A stretch of DNA of 64,000 nucleotides. Origin: Bdellovibrionota bacterium (GTDB taxonomy: Bacteria > Bdellovibrionota > UBA1018 > CAIPTA01 > JAALKR01). Every line of letters starts with the position of its first letter. The first letter of the stretch is position 1. Below the pieces are notes generated by a model that had not been told where the DNA came from, made no database searches, and worked only from the letters and a program-made list of their open reading frames with translations. Below, piece after piece: positions 43,932 through 53,413 of the stretch. Location of the stretch: NCBI GenBank assembly GCA_965207455.1, contig CBDBMJ010000001.1:736001-800000 (forward strand). Reading direction: 5' to 3'. The position numbers and the translations under genes are program-made.

Positions 43932-44215
43932 TTAGTATTTCTTAAATGCAGCCTGAATTTCATTTATAGTTACATTTTTTTTAGATTTTTTCAGTATTTC
44001 CTTGGCATAATCTATAGGGTTTTGGAGTTCGATTTGAATTTTCTTCATATTTTCTGAAAAATGTTTCTTTTAATAATTTAAAATGATCCAAGACAAGAAA
44101 TCTGCCCTCTTTATTTTTGATTAAATATTTTTATTTAGGGATTCCAGCATAGTTTTCAATGAATCATTAGATTCTTTTGTGATAGATATTTTTACCATTT
44201 TTTTTATTTTTCTAT
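43932..44215 (-). pseudogene. decayed third copy of the 96-aa RHH-like gene
   Basis: Same RBS; ATG changed to ATA; in-frame TAA codons; ...KESNDSLKTMLESLNKNI...LSWIILNY...KHFS.NMKKIQ...NPIDY still recognisable. Confidence 0.85.
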
Positions 44216-44597
44216 ATTTTCTCCTTTCTTAATTTATTTATCAGCACACAATGCCATACCTCACACAGAAGCACTGTCAAAGAATTGAATCTGATCAAGA
44301 TATTTGATTTACTACTCTTAAAAATGTAGCCATAGCCTCAGATCTGAAAATGTCAGAGACTTGTAAGAAATTATAGATTCTCATTTTTCATGACTTTTAA
44401 AGATTTTTCTAAGCAAAATAGTAAGTTTATTTTTAGTAAGATTAGAAATTATCAACTTGCTCATAATATATGCCTGCTGCTATAAAGATAGTAATTGTTC
44501 TTGGTCGGTCACGATTACTATCGAACAGGTAGGGTTTGCCGTTAGACCGTCTTTGATAATCTTTAATGGCAAGTTATTGAAGTGACAAGAATAGAGT

Positions 44598-46313
44598 TTA
44601 ATCTCCAGTAGCACAGGCTTTCCCGAAAAAACTATCTCGATCATTAGAGCAAGTAATTTCGAGAAAAGAATTAGTATTACTAAAAATATCGCTAGAGTCC
44701 GTTATACCAGAAGTATCCCAACCAGATATATCAAGCGAAGTTAAACTTGAAGAATCAGCAAACATATGATTCATAGACAACACGTTAGAAGTATCCCAAT
44801 TAGATAAATCAAGCGAAGTTAAACTTGAAGAATCAGCAAACATATGATTCATAGACAACACGTTAGAAGTATCCCAATTAGATAAATCAAGCGAAGTTAA
44901 GCTTGAAGCACCCTTAAACATATAGCCCATACTACCCATTACACTAGAAGTATCCCAACCAGATAAATCAAGCGAAGTTAAACTTGAAGCACCTTTAAAC
45001 ATACCCCAAATATCCGTTACATTTTCTGTATTAAAACCAGATAAATCAAGCGAAGTTAAACTTGAAGCACCTTTAAACATAGAACCCATAACTGTCACAT
45101 TTGAGGTATCAAAATTAGATAAATCAAGGGAAGTTAAACTTGAAGCATAAGAAAACATACCCCTCATATCCATTACATTTTCTGTATTAAAACTAGATAA
45201 ATCAAGGGAAGTTAAACTTGAAGCACCATTAAACATAAAATACATATACTTTACTTTAGAAGTATCCCAACCAGATAAATCAAGGGAAGTTAAACTTGAA
45301 GCACCATTAAACATAAAACCCATAACTGTCACATTTGAGGTATCAAAATTAGATAAATCAAGCGAAGTTAAACTTGAAGAATCAGCAAACATAGTATTCA
45401 TATTCGTTACACTAGAGGTATCAAAATTAGACAAATCAAGGGAAGTTAAACTCGAAGCATTCCAAAACATATAACTCATATCAGTCACACTAGAGGTATC
45501 TGTATCGCCAACAGTAAATTTAGTGAGTCTCACACAATTAGAAAAAGCATTAGCTAAATTTCTCCAACCCATTCTTCCAAGGTTTTTTACTTCAATTATT
45601 TTACTTCCATCTCCTCCATAATTAAAATACAAAGTTGGCAATTTCCCATTTATTTTAATGGTATAGTTTCCTGTTGATCTATAAATATGAGTAAGATCAT
45701 TATCATAAGCAGTAACTGCTTGAAGTTCAGAGCCATCACCCCAATCAACAGTGAAATCATATTCAAATTCCTTTCCATTTCCATCATTCTTCCTCAGAGG
45801 AATGGTTGCAGTAAAATCTCCATCTCCATATTCTGAGTCTCCAACACGCCAAACAGATTCAAAACCACTATTAATAAATTCATAAGATATGCTATTGGAG
45901 CAAGGTGATGAATTTCCTGCTCGATCCGTTTGTTTTGCAGAATAAGTATAGGTAGCATAATTAACCAAAGCTGTAGATAGAGCCATTTCTATACTGGTTT
46001 CTGTTATTTTTTGACTCTGCGCCGAATCAGAACAATCTTCACTAGAATATAACTGAACTGTACCTCCAGTTTCTAAACCTGTAAGATTAAAAACAGGAGC
46101 AAAAATGCCAGAGGGAGTTGTGGTTCCTTGGGCTAATGCTATTGTTGGCGCTTCTGGTGCTATTATGTCTTCTGAAACATCATTGTCACTGCTATCATCA
46201 TTGACATTGACATTGCCATTGAGACTGCCACAGCCACTCAGTGCAGTCACAGAAAACAGTACCATTATGATGTATATATATCGTTTTAAAAAACTTATTT
46301 CAAATACACTCAT
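44598..46313 (-). CDS. intact lipoprotein with Ig-like and VDWGD domains and 10 LRR (BspA/DUF285-type) repeats
   Basis: Lipobox LSGC; DIIAPEAPT...KQTDRAGNSS.CS; FTVDWGDG; 10 x SLTSLDLS.....V..M..MF. Confidence 0.9.
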   Translation of the reverse strand: MSVFEISFLKRYIYIIMVLFSVTALSGCGSLNGNVNVNDDSSDNDVSEDIIAPEAPTIALAQGTTTPSGIFAPVFNLTGLETGGTVQLYSSEDCSDSAQSQKITETSIEMALSTALVNYATYTYSAKQTDRAGNSSPCSNSISYEFINSGFESVWRVGDSEYGDGDFTATIPLRKNDGNGKEFEYDFTVDWGDGSELQAVTAYDNDLTHIYRSTGNYTIKINGKLPTLYFNYGGDGSKIIEVKNLGRMGWRNLANAFSNCVRLTKFTVGDTDTSSVTDMSYMFWNASSLTSLDLSNFDTSSVTNMNTMFADSSSLTSLDLSNFDTSNVTVMGFMFNGASSLTSLDLSGWDTSKVKYMYFMFNGASSLTSLDLSSFNTENVMDMRGMFSYASSLTSLDLSNFDTSNVTVMGSMFKGASSLTSLDLSGFNTENVTDIWGMFKGASSLTSLDLSGWDTSSVMGSMGYMFKGASSLTSLDLSNWDTSNVLSMNHMFADSSSLTSLDLSNWDTSNVLSMNHMFADSSSLTSLDISGWDTSGITDSSDIFSNTNSFLEITCSNDRDSFFGKACATGD

Positions 46314-46364
46314 TTAAATACCCTTTTATTATCTTTCAAATCCAAAATTTAACAGCGCTACAAC

Positions 46365-46391
46365 CTTTCGGAACAATTTAGAATTACTTTA
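46365..46391 (-). promoter_or_regulatory. sigma28 (FliA)-type promoter
   Basis: TAAA-N15-TCCGAAAG upstream of 46313. Confidence 0.6.
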
Positions 46392-46544
46392 ATAAAAAAA
46401 ACAGGTAATTAGCATTTAAGCATAAGTAGTTCAGAAAACAGGTTTTTATGTAACCTTGAAACATGTACTATTTTATTGAAAAGGGTGTTAGGTTATCATA
46501 AGCACATACGAATATAAACCTATTTTCGATATATTAAGAGTTTA

Positions 46545-46835
46545 TTATTTCGTTTTAAGCATAGTTTTTATCTCACTTAAAGTTACTTTTCTTTTGGATT
46601 TTTGCAGTTCTTTTAGTATTGCTTTCGTGTAATCAATAGGATTTTGCGTTTCAGTTTGAATTTTTTTCATGTTATTTGAAAAATGTTTCTTTTGATAATT
46701 TAAAATAATCCAAGACAGAAGGTCTGTCTTTTTTATTTTTGCTTTAATATTTTTATTTAAGGATTCCAGCATAGTTTTCAATGAATCGCTGGATTCTTTT
46801 GTGAGGGATATTTTTATTATTTTTTCTTTTTCCAT
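46545..46835 (-). CDS. 96-aa basic protein, ribbon-helix-helix-like (copy 2)
   Basis: Near-identical to 40630..40920, including the downstream ~230-bp intergenic region. Confidence 0.75.
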   Translation of the reverse strand: MEKEKIIKISLTKESSDSLKTMLESLNKNIKAKIKKTDLLSWIILNYQKKHFSNNMKKIQTETQNPIDYTKAILKELQKSKRKVTLSEIKTMLKTK

Positions 46836-47001
46836 ATTCTCTCCTTTCTTGAATTTAATTAATCAGTTGAAGTTTTATTACGAATATAAATTATTCTAGT
46901 AAGCAGGTAAGAAATTTGACTTAAATTGACTAAAATAGAGCTTCTTATTATGCGCCTGATAGATAGAATATAAAAACCAAAAATTATCAAGGCAATATTT
47001 T

Positions 47002-50000
47002 CTATGGGATTTCTGCTGGAAAGGTTGGAATTAAAATAGGTATCAAACTATATTTATCAGATATATTTGAAAAACCCAATTGTCCAAAATAATAGTCATC
47101 TCCCCAGCATTTTACTGTGCCAGCTTCATTAAAAAGAGTGCTGACATCATCATCTAAAAGTGCGCAAGAATGACCATATCCTAAAGAAATTTGACTTACA
47201 TTGCTTAAGCTAGGAACTGTCACTGGCGTTTTATTACAATCCTTAATTGTGCCCCAAGGTCTACAGATATCTTCACTAACATTGCCCAACCGCCCCTCTC
47301 TGTTATCTCCCCAGCATTTCACAGTACCATCATTTAAAAGTGCGCAGGTTCGATTGCCTATCGTGGAAATTTGACCTACATCGCTTAAGCTAGAAATTTC
47401 AACAGGTCTGGTGCTATATCCTCTAGTTCTAGTGAGATTCAACAGCCCAAAAGATTCAGTTCCCCAGCATTTTACAGTGCCTCCCTCATCAATATCAGTA
47501 GTGTCAATATTATCATTTAAAAGTGCGCAAGTATGATCCGTTCCTCCCGAGGAAATTTGACTTACATTGCTTAAATAAAGAACTCCAACTGGCACACTGC
47601 TGCTATTTCTACTACCATCACCCAACTGCCCAAGATAATTATAGCCCCAGCATTTCACAGTTCCATCATTTAAAACTACGCAGGAGTGATCATATCCTAA
47701 GGAAATTTGACTTACATTGCTTAAATCAGAAACTATAACAGGTATTTTTCCATATACTCCACCCCAGCACTTCACTGTACCATCATTTATAAGTGCGCAG
47801 CTTTGAAAACGGTTTAAAAAAATTTGATTTACATTGCTTAAACCAGAAACTGCAATTGCTGTTCTACTACAGTGATATTTTCGGTAAAAGTAATTTAGCT
47901 TACAGATATCTGCACTAGTGGTGCCCAACTGCCCAACACTATTATTTCCCCAACATTTTACAGTTTTATCATTTAAAAGTGCGCAGGAATGATTATCTCC
48001 CAAGGCAATTTGACTTGCATCGCCTAAGCCAGAAACTATAGCTGATGTTCTTCTTCTTTCCTCAATACCTTCACCCAACTGTCCATATCTGTTATCCCCC
48101 CAACACTTTGCAGTTCCATCATTTAAAAGTGCGCAGGAGTGTCCACTTCCCACAGCAACTTGACTTATATTATTTAAGTCAGAAATTGCAACTGGTCTTT
48201 CGCTATTTCTAGAACTACCACCACCTAACTGCCCATATCTGTTATCCCCCCAACATTTTACTGTTTTATTATCTGAAATCATGCAGGTGTGATCACTTCC
48301 CAAAGCAAGTTGACTTATATTATTTAAACTAGAAGCTGTAACTGGTGTGCTACTACCTGTAAAACTACCATTACCAAACTGCCCATATCTGTTATCCCCC
48401 CAACATTTTACAGTGTTGTCATTTAAAACTACACAGGTGCGATTGCCTGCTGAGTAAATTTGACTTACATTGCTTAAATTAGAAATTACAACAGGTGCTG
48501 TAATAGCATATCCCAGAGCAACACCACCCACCTTCCCATAAGTGTCATCTCCCCAGCATTTCACACTCCCATCATTTAAAAGTGCGCAGGAGTGACTATA
48601 TCCCAAGGTAATTTGATTTACATTGCTTAAATTAGAAACTGCCGTTGGTGTGAAAACTGGTGCTCTCGTATTACCATTACCTAATTCTCCATGATGATTA
48701 CCTCCCCAGCATTTCACAGTCCCATCATTTAAAAGTGCGCAGTGGTGTGAATATCCCGAGTAAATTTGAGTTACATTGCTTAAATTAGGAATTATATAGG
48801 GTGTTTTTCCATGTCCTCCTCCTCCCCAGCATTTGACGGTTTTATCATTTAAAAATGCGCAGCTAACAGCGTCACCCAAAGCAAGTTGATTTACACCGCT
48901 TAAGCTAGAAACTGTAAGTGGTGTTTTGCTGCAAGAGTAAGCGTAATCATTCCCCCTAAAACAGATATCTGTACTAGTAGCACTTAAATTATGAGACGCA
49001 TTATTTCCCCAACACTTTACTGTACCCTCCTCATTACTAGGAGTACTGATATCATCACCTAAAATTGCACAAGTATGATTTTGTCCCAAAGCAATTTGAC
49101 GTACATTGCTTAAATCAGAAACTGTAAGTGGTGTTTTACTACAAGGGTAATCTTGATTATTATCGACAAAACAAGTATCCGAACTAGTGGCGCCCAACTG
49201 CCCAGAACTATTATCTCCCCAACATTTTACAGTTTTATCACTTAAAAGTACGCAAGAGTGCCTTCTTCCAGAAAAAATTTTCCTAGCATATTGTACAGCA
49301 GGCTCTCTTTGAACAACTTGATTACAGTTATTTTTTATTTTTGTCCAAATATTATTAGAACAGGAATATTGACAAGAACCTTCTGCCCTCATATAGACTT
49401 TCTCACGATTAATCCCCTCTCCTTCAAAGTAGAAATTAGAAGAAACATCTTGACAAGCTCCAAAGAAAGTCCCACTCTCAGAATATGATATTGAACAAGA
49501 TATACGATCTTCAGTAATAGATGAACTAGAATCAGATGCTGCAAAAGTTTTTTCGCTGCAATCAGTAAGTAATGTATATTCTATCTTTCGAGAACAATCT
49601 GATTCATTTCCTAAACTATCTATTTGCTTTGCGGAAAAATATTTAGTTCTATACTCGATTAAAGCTGATGATAAAATTATCTTCATCTTATTTCCTTCTA
49701 TGATCTTGTTTTCTACCAAAGCAGTACAATTCCCGTTAGAATATAATTGAACTGTACCTCCAATTTCTAAGTCTGCAATATTAAAAGCAGGATTAGAATT
49801 ATTAGAAGAGCTACTTCCTATAAGCGATAAAAGAGGTGTAAGAGCTGTTGTATCTAATTCATAATTCACTCCATTGGCAGTGCAATTTGATACATTTCCT
49901 GCTCGATCTATTTGTTTTGCATAAAAAGAATAAGTTATATCGCCACCATTCAAATCTGCATCGAGCTTTATATTATTATTAGTTTTGATTGCTGCTAATT

Positions 50001-50838
50001 CAGATCCAAAGCAACGCGAGTCTAAATATAATATGATGGTAGCTCCTGACTCTATATTTCCTAAACTAAAGGTGGGTCTAAGTTCATTTGAGGGACTAGA
50101 TGTTACTTGCAATAAAGTAGGCGTAAGAACTACCCTATCCAGCGTATAGTTGATACCTATAATTGCACATGGAGTTTTATTTCCTGCTTGATCGCTTTGC
50201 TTTGTATAAAAAGTATAATTACGATCTCTAGTTAGCGTGAGAGTAAGTTGCCCGTTGCTGATGGATTGAGTTGGCTTATCAGTGCAAGTGTCATCTATAA
50301 AAACCTCTATTATATCTCCTAATTCTATAGTGCCAGTAGTATTTAGCACAGGATTAGCAACATTTGATAGAGATTGAATAGTAAGTTCAAAAGAGACAGA
50401 TGGAGCTACGGTATCTAGCTTATATGAAATACCAGAAGAACAAGAAGAAATCTTACCATCTTTATTTGTCTGTTTCGCATAATAAGAATAATTACCATCG
50501 GTAGGGATTTCATTTAAAATAGTTAATCTTGTTATGCCAATACTAATAGGAGTAATTGAGCTTAAATCTATCCTAATATATTGAGTACAATTTGAATCAG
50601 AATAAATACCTACATCTCCACCAATTTCTAAATTTGCTACTTCAAATAACGGTTTTTTATTCATCGATGGAGTAGGAGTTATAAGCGATAAAATTGGCGT
50701 CTTTACTAAATTTTTTGAAGTAGCCTCATTACCGCTACCACAACCACTTAATAAAAAAACAGAAGATATCAGCAGTATTGCGCAATATAAATTTATCTGA
50801 AAAAATATCACTTTAAATAAAAATAGAAACTTATACAT
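47002..50838 (-). CDS. lipoprotein with 4 Ig-like domains and 14 RCC1 repeats
   Basis: Lipobox LSGC; four ~95-aa ..KQ.D..GN.S.C...Y.LD modules; 14 x H.C....D..VKCWG.N..GQLG. Confidence 0.9.
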   Translation of the reverse strand: MYKFLFLFKVIFFQINLYCAILLISSVFLLSGCGSGNEATSKNLVKTPILSLITPTPSMNKKPLFEVANLEIGGDVGIYSDSNCTQYIRIDLSSITPISIGITRLTILNEIPTDGNYSYYAKQTNKDGKISSCSSGISYKLDTVAPSVSFELTIQSLSNVANPVLNTTGTIELGDIIEVFIDDTCTDKPTQSISNGQLTLTLTRDRNYTFYTKQSDQAGNKTPCAIIGINYTLDRVVLTPTLLQVTSSPSNELRPTFSLGNIESGATIILYLDSRCFGSELAAIKTNNNIKLDADLNGGDITYSFYAKQIDRAGNVSNCTANGVNYELDTTALTPLLSLIGSSSSNNSNPAFNIADLEIGGTVQLYSNGNCTALVENKIIEGNKMKIILSSALIEYRTKYFSAKQIDSLGNESDCSRKIEYTLLTDCSEKTFAASDSSSSITEDRISCSISYSESGTFFGACQDVSSNFYFEGEGINREKVYMRAEGSCQYSCSNNIWTKIKNNCNQVVQREPAVQYARKIFSGRRHSCVLLSDKTVKCWGDNSSGQLGATSSDTCFVDNNQDYPCSKTPLTVSDLSNVRQIALGQNHTCAILGDDISTPSNEEGTVKCWGNNASHNLSATSTDICFRGNDYAYSCSKTPLTVSSLSGVNQLALGDAVSCAFLNDKTVKCWGGGGHGKTPYIIPNLSNVTQIYSGYSHHCALLNDGTVKCWGGNHHGELGNGNTRAPVFTPTAVSNLSNVNQITLGYSHSCALLNDGSVKCWGDDTYGKVGGVALGYAITAPVVISNLSNVSQIYSAGNRTCVVLNDNTVKCWGDNRYGQFGNGSFTGSSTPVTASSLNNISQLALGSDHTCMISDNKTVKCWGDNRYGQLGGGSSRNSERPVAISDLNNISQVAVGSGHSCALLNDGTAKCWGDNRYGQLGEGIEERRRTSAIVSGLGDASQIALGDNHSCALLNDKTVKCWGNNSVGQLGTTSADICKLNYFYRKYHCSRTAIAVSGLSNVNQIFLNRFQSCALINDGTVKCWGGVYGKIPVIVSDLSNVSQISLGYDHSCVVLNDGTVKCWGYNYLGQLGDGSRNSSSVPVGVLYLSNVSQISSGGTDHTCALLNDNIDTTDIDEGGTVKCWGTESFGLLNLTRTRGYSTRPVEISSLSDVGQISTIGNRTCALLNDGTVKCWGDNREGRLGNVSEDICRPWGTIKDCNKTPVTVPSLSNVSQISLGYGHSCALLDDDVSTLFNEAGTVKCWGDDYYFGQLGFSNISDKYSLIPILIPTFPAEIP

Positions 50839-50893
50839 GGTAAATTCCCTTTAATCCACTTTTTAAACTAACCTGTTATTCAATACATAACAC

Positions 50894-50920
50894 TTTTCGG
50901 TTGAATACAAGATTTCTTTA
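50894..50920 (-). promoter_or_regulatory. sigma28 (FliA)-type promoter
   Basis: TAAA-N15-ACCGAAAA upstream of 50838. Confidence 0.6.
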
Positions 50921-51039
50921 CATAAAAATAAGTAATAAAATAACGTGTAACAGTAATTAGAAAAACAGGTTTCCCAAACATCGCCATAAAACAATATCCT
51001 CTAAACTAGATTACCTAAATTTGCCTCAAAAAGTATACA

Positions 51040-52545
51040 CTACCGTTTTCGAAGCAGCTCTTTATTAACTGATTTTAAAATTTTTTCTTGACTCTTCGTA
51101 AAAGTGACAATTTTTGAAAACTCATATTTCTTTGAATTGCTCAAGTATATTTTATAAACACCCCCTAGTTCTTTCATCGCTTTTTCTGAACTAATCCCAA
51201 TTTCCTTTAATTTAAGCTTTAAAACAGAAAGTAATAAGTAAGATAAATAGCAAATAAAAACATGGGAAATAACCCTGTTATATAACCAATGACGAATAGG
51301 TCTAAGGTTTACAACACCCTTCAAACTTTTAAATGCCTTCTCTACAATATCTTTTTCAAAATACAATCTAACAACTTCCTTATTCGTAATATTCTTCGTT
51401 GAAAAAATACATGAATATCCATCGAACTCCTCGGCCACCTCTAATTCATTTTTTCTTACCCTGCCACTTGGACTAAGATATTTTTCAAGTCCTTTTTTTA
51501 TTGCTTTTCCTTTTTTAATAGAATCTTGGGCGTTTAATATTTCAAAATACCTAGATTCTTTTATATCTAATCGCATTCTTTCATTAAAGCAAACGATCAA
51601 CTTACCAGACACATTGCCTATTTTATGTTTTTTACTTACTGCGTAGAAGGAATTGTTTTTCTTTAATGCAACTCGATTAGAGATATTAACCATAGAATTA
51701 AATTTTATAATTTTTCGTATTATTTTTTTCTCTGTATTTCTTATTGCAATTCCACAAAGAATATTCTGACCTAATTTTTTGATATTTTTAATGTTCTCTA
51801 TAGAGGTGCAACCTCTATCATAAATAAGTGTGCCTGTTTTCATTCCATAAAATGAAAGCTCATCAATCAGGCAAGAAATCGTTTTACTATCATGAATATT
51901 TCCATCAAACGTCTTATGGAAAATGGGAATGCCTTCTTTTTGAGTTACGCCCAATCCTATTTGAATTAAGGGCCTGTTATTTTTTCCATCTTTGCTTTTT
52001 CCTAATTTAGCCATTTGGCATTTTGTTCCATAAAGATACGTGTTGGTTACATCATAAACTATTCCTGAAGATGCCAGTTTGCATTTGGATTTAACAGCTT
52101 GAAAAATATCTTTTTGCATTTGCTCTATCCTTGCATCGCTCAATGAGTCTAAGGCATGCAATAATCTTTTTTCTGTAAGCTCTTCCAAATTTAAAATTGT
52201 ATTTAAATCTGTTCTCTTAAACCAATCTGGCATATGATTTACGCTTTTATAATCCAGGCAATGTGCGTAAACCATACTTAATATCTCATTTGAATAGTCT
52301 CCTAGAATTTCGTGGAGACCTAAGTTTTTGGCAATATCATTCAGAACCAGAAGTGGACCATAGACTTTTACTGAGTCTACAGATAAATCTTTAGAGGAAA
52401 TAGAAATTACTACTTCATTGTCGACCTCTTTTCCAACATAGCGAATATGGCGTTGCACCACTTTGCCATTAATTTTTTTATTTTCAACTTCAGCCAAATA
52501 AACCTTATTTCCCTTTCGTATTTTTCTTATAAAACTCATCCTCAT
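51040..52545 (-). CDS. IS1634-family DDE transposase
   Basis: YDVT.TY..G, G.SKD, GIP......GN..D, DRG, Y.....VEKAFK.LK.....RP..H....RV..HVFIC.L. Confidence 0.9.
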   Translation of the reverse strand: MRMSFIRKIRKGNKVYLAEVENKKINGKVVQRHIRYVGKEVDNEVVISISSKDLSVDSVKVYGPLLVLNDIAKNLGLHEILGDYSNEILSMVYAHCLDYKSVNHMPDWFKRTDLNTILNLEELTEKRLLHALDSLSDARIEQMQKDIFQAVKSKCKLASSGIVYDVTNTYLYGTKCQMAKLGKSKDGKNNRPLIQIGLGVTQKEGIPIFHKTFDGNIHDSKTISCLIDELSFYGMKTGTLIYDRGCTSIENIKNIKKLGQNILCGIAIRNTEKKIIRKIIKFNSMVNISNRVALKKNNSFYAVSKKHKIGNVSGKLIVCFNERMRLDIKESRYFEILNAQDSIKKGKAIKKGLEKYLSPSGRVRKNELEVAEEFDGYSCIFSTKNITNKEVVRLYFEKDIVEKAFKSLKGVVNLRPIRHWLYNRVISHVFICYLSYLLLSVLKLKLKEIGISSEKAMKELGGVYKIYLSNSKKYEFSKIVTFTKSQEKILKSVNKELLRKR

Positions 52546-52565
52546 CCCTCCTAAGATAATAGCTT

Positions 52566-52607
52566 GGTAGTGTATATATTATACACTACCTCAAGCGTAA
52601 ATGTCAA
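52566..52607 (-). promoter_or_regulatory. consensus sigma70 promoter of the transposase with palindromic operator
   Basis: TTGACA-N18-TATAAT; the -10 box lies inside GGTAGTGTATA-TAT-TATACACTACC. Confidence 0.7.
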
Positions 52608-52724
52608 GCAACTAAATATTATAAACGGTCCAAAAGATGCGATTTACAGAGGAAAGAAGACAGTTCCGGTATGAATTTTTGAAAGATTTTTCAAGTAGTG
52701 TATATTTTTTGAGGCGAATTCAGG

Positions 52725-53413
52725 TTAATTAGTCTTTCAAAAAAAGTTTTCTCATGCATGGCACGATGAATTTCTTTAAAGGTAGGGGCTTTTTTCTGAC
52801 CTATGAGTGTCACAAGGGATTTGAAAATTTTATACTGAACATTCTTGTAGTATTCACTTTCAAAGCTAAATGCATTAAATACTCTCTCGCTAACCTCAAG
52901 GGAGCTTTCCCCCTTTAAGGGATTAAAGGAATAGGAATTTTCTATATTAGCCAATGAGAAAAGCTTAAAATCCTTCTTTCTCCTATACCTTACCGTGTAC
53001 GCATATAGCTTATTCAGAAAGGAAGCATCTGATTTTCCATCTATAATAAGAACGCCTGCTCCTTGCTTTATATCTTGAATAATCCACGGAAGCACAACAC
53101 TTTCAGTCTTGCCTGTACCTGTGGAGCCTAGAATTTGTGTGTGCGTAGTCCTAGCCTCTTGGGATAGATATACGGGTGTCTCTTTACTTTCACCCACCAA
53201 TATATCCCCCTTCTGCCGCTTTTCCTTTCGCCAAGGCATTTGCCATAGATGAAGAACAGCCCATAGAACAATGAGAAAAGCTCCCAAGAAGAGATAGAGC
53301 TTAATGGAATAGATAAAAGCAATTATTTTATGTTGGTTCTGATGTAGAATAGCAAAAAGCATAAAAATGACCACTAATGGGAAATAGTGATGCTCATTCT
53401 CTTGGGGCTTCAT
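52725..53413 (-). pseudogene. type IV coupling protein (VirD4/TraD-like), 3'-truncated by IS1634
   Basis: Two TM segments; R.THTQILGSTGTGKT; IIDGKSD; SFNPL; the last codons run into the IS end. Confidence 0.85.

Larger units (their letters stand above)
51014..52724 (-). mobile_element. IS1634-family element
   Basis: TIRs CCTAAATTTGCCTCAAAAAGTATACACTAC / GTAGTGTATATTTTTTGAGGCGAATTCAGG; no clear TSD. Confidence 0.8.

Noticed and set aside
44449..44560. SAM-I riboswitch (TTATCAA...TTGATAA)
   Set aside because: Core SAM-I motifs are missing and there is no downstream gene on that strand
36236..50838. Diversity-generating retroelement or retron behind the repeat variation
   Set aside because: No reverse transcriptase in the window, no template/variable repeat pair, and differences are not confined to adenines
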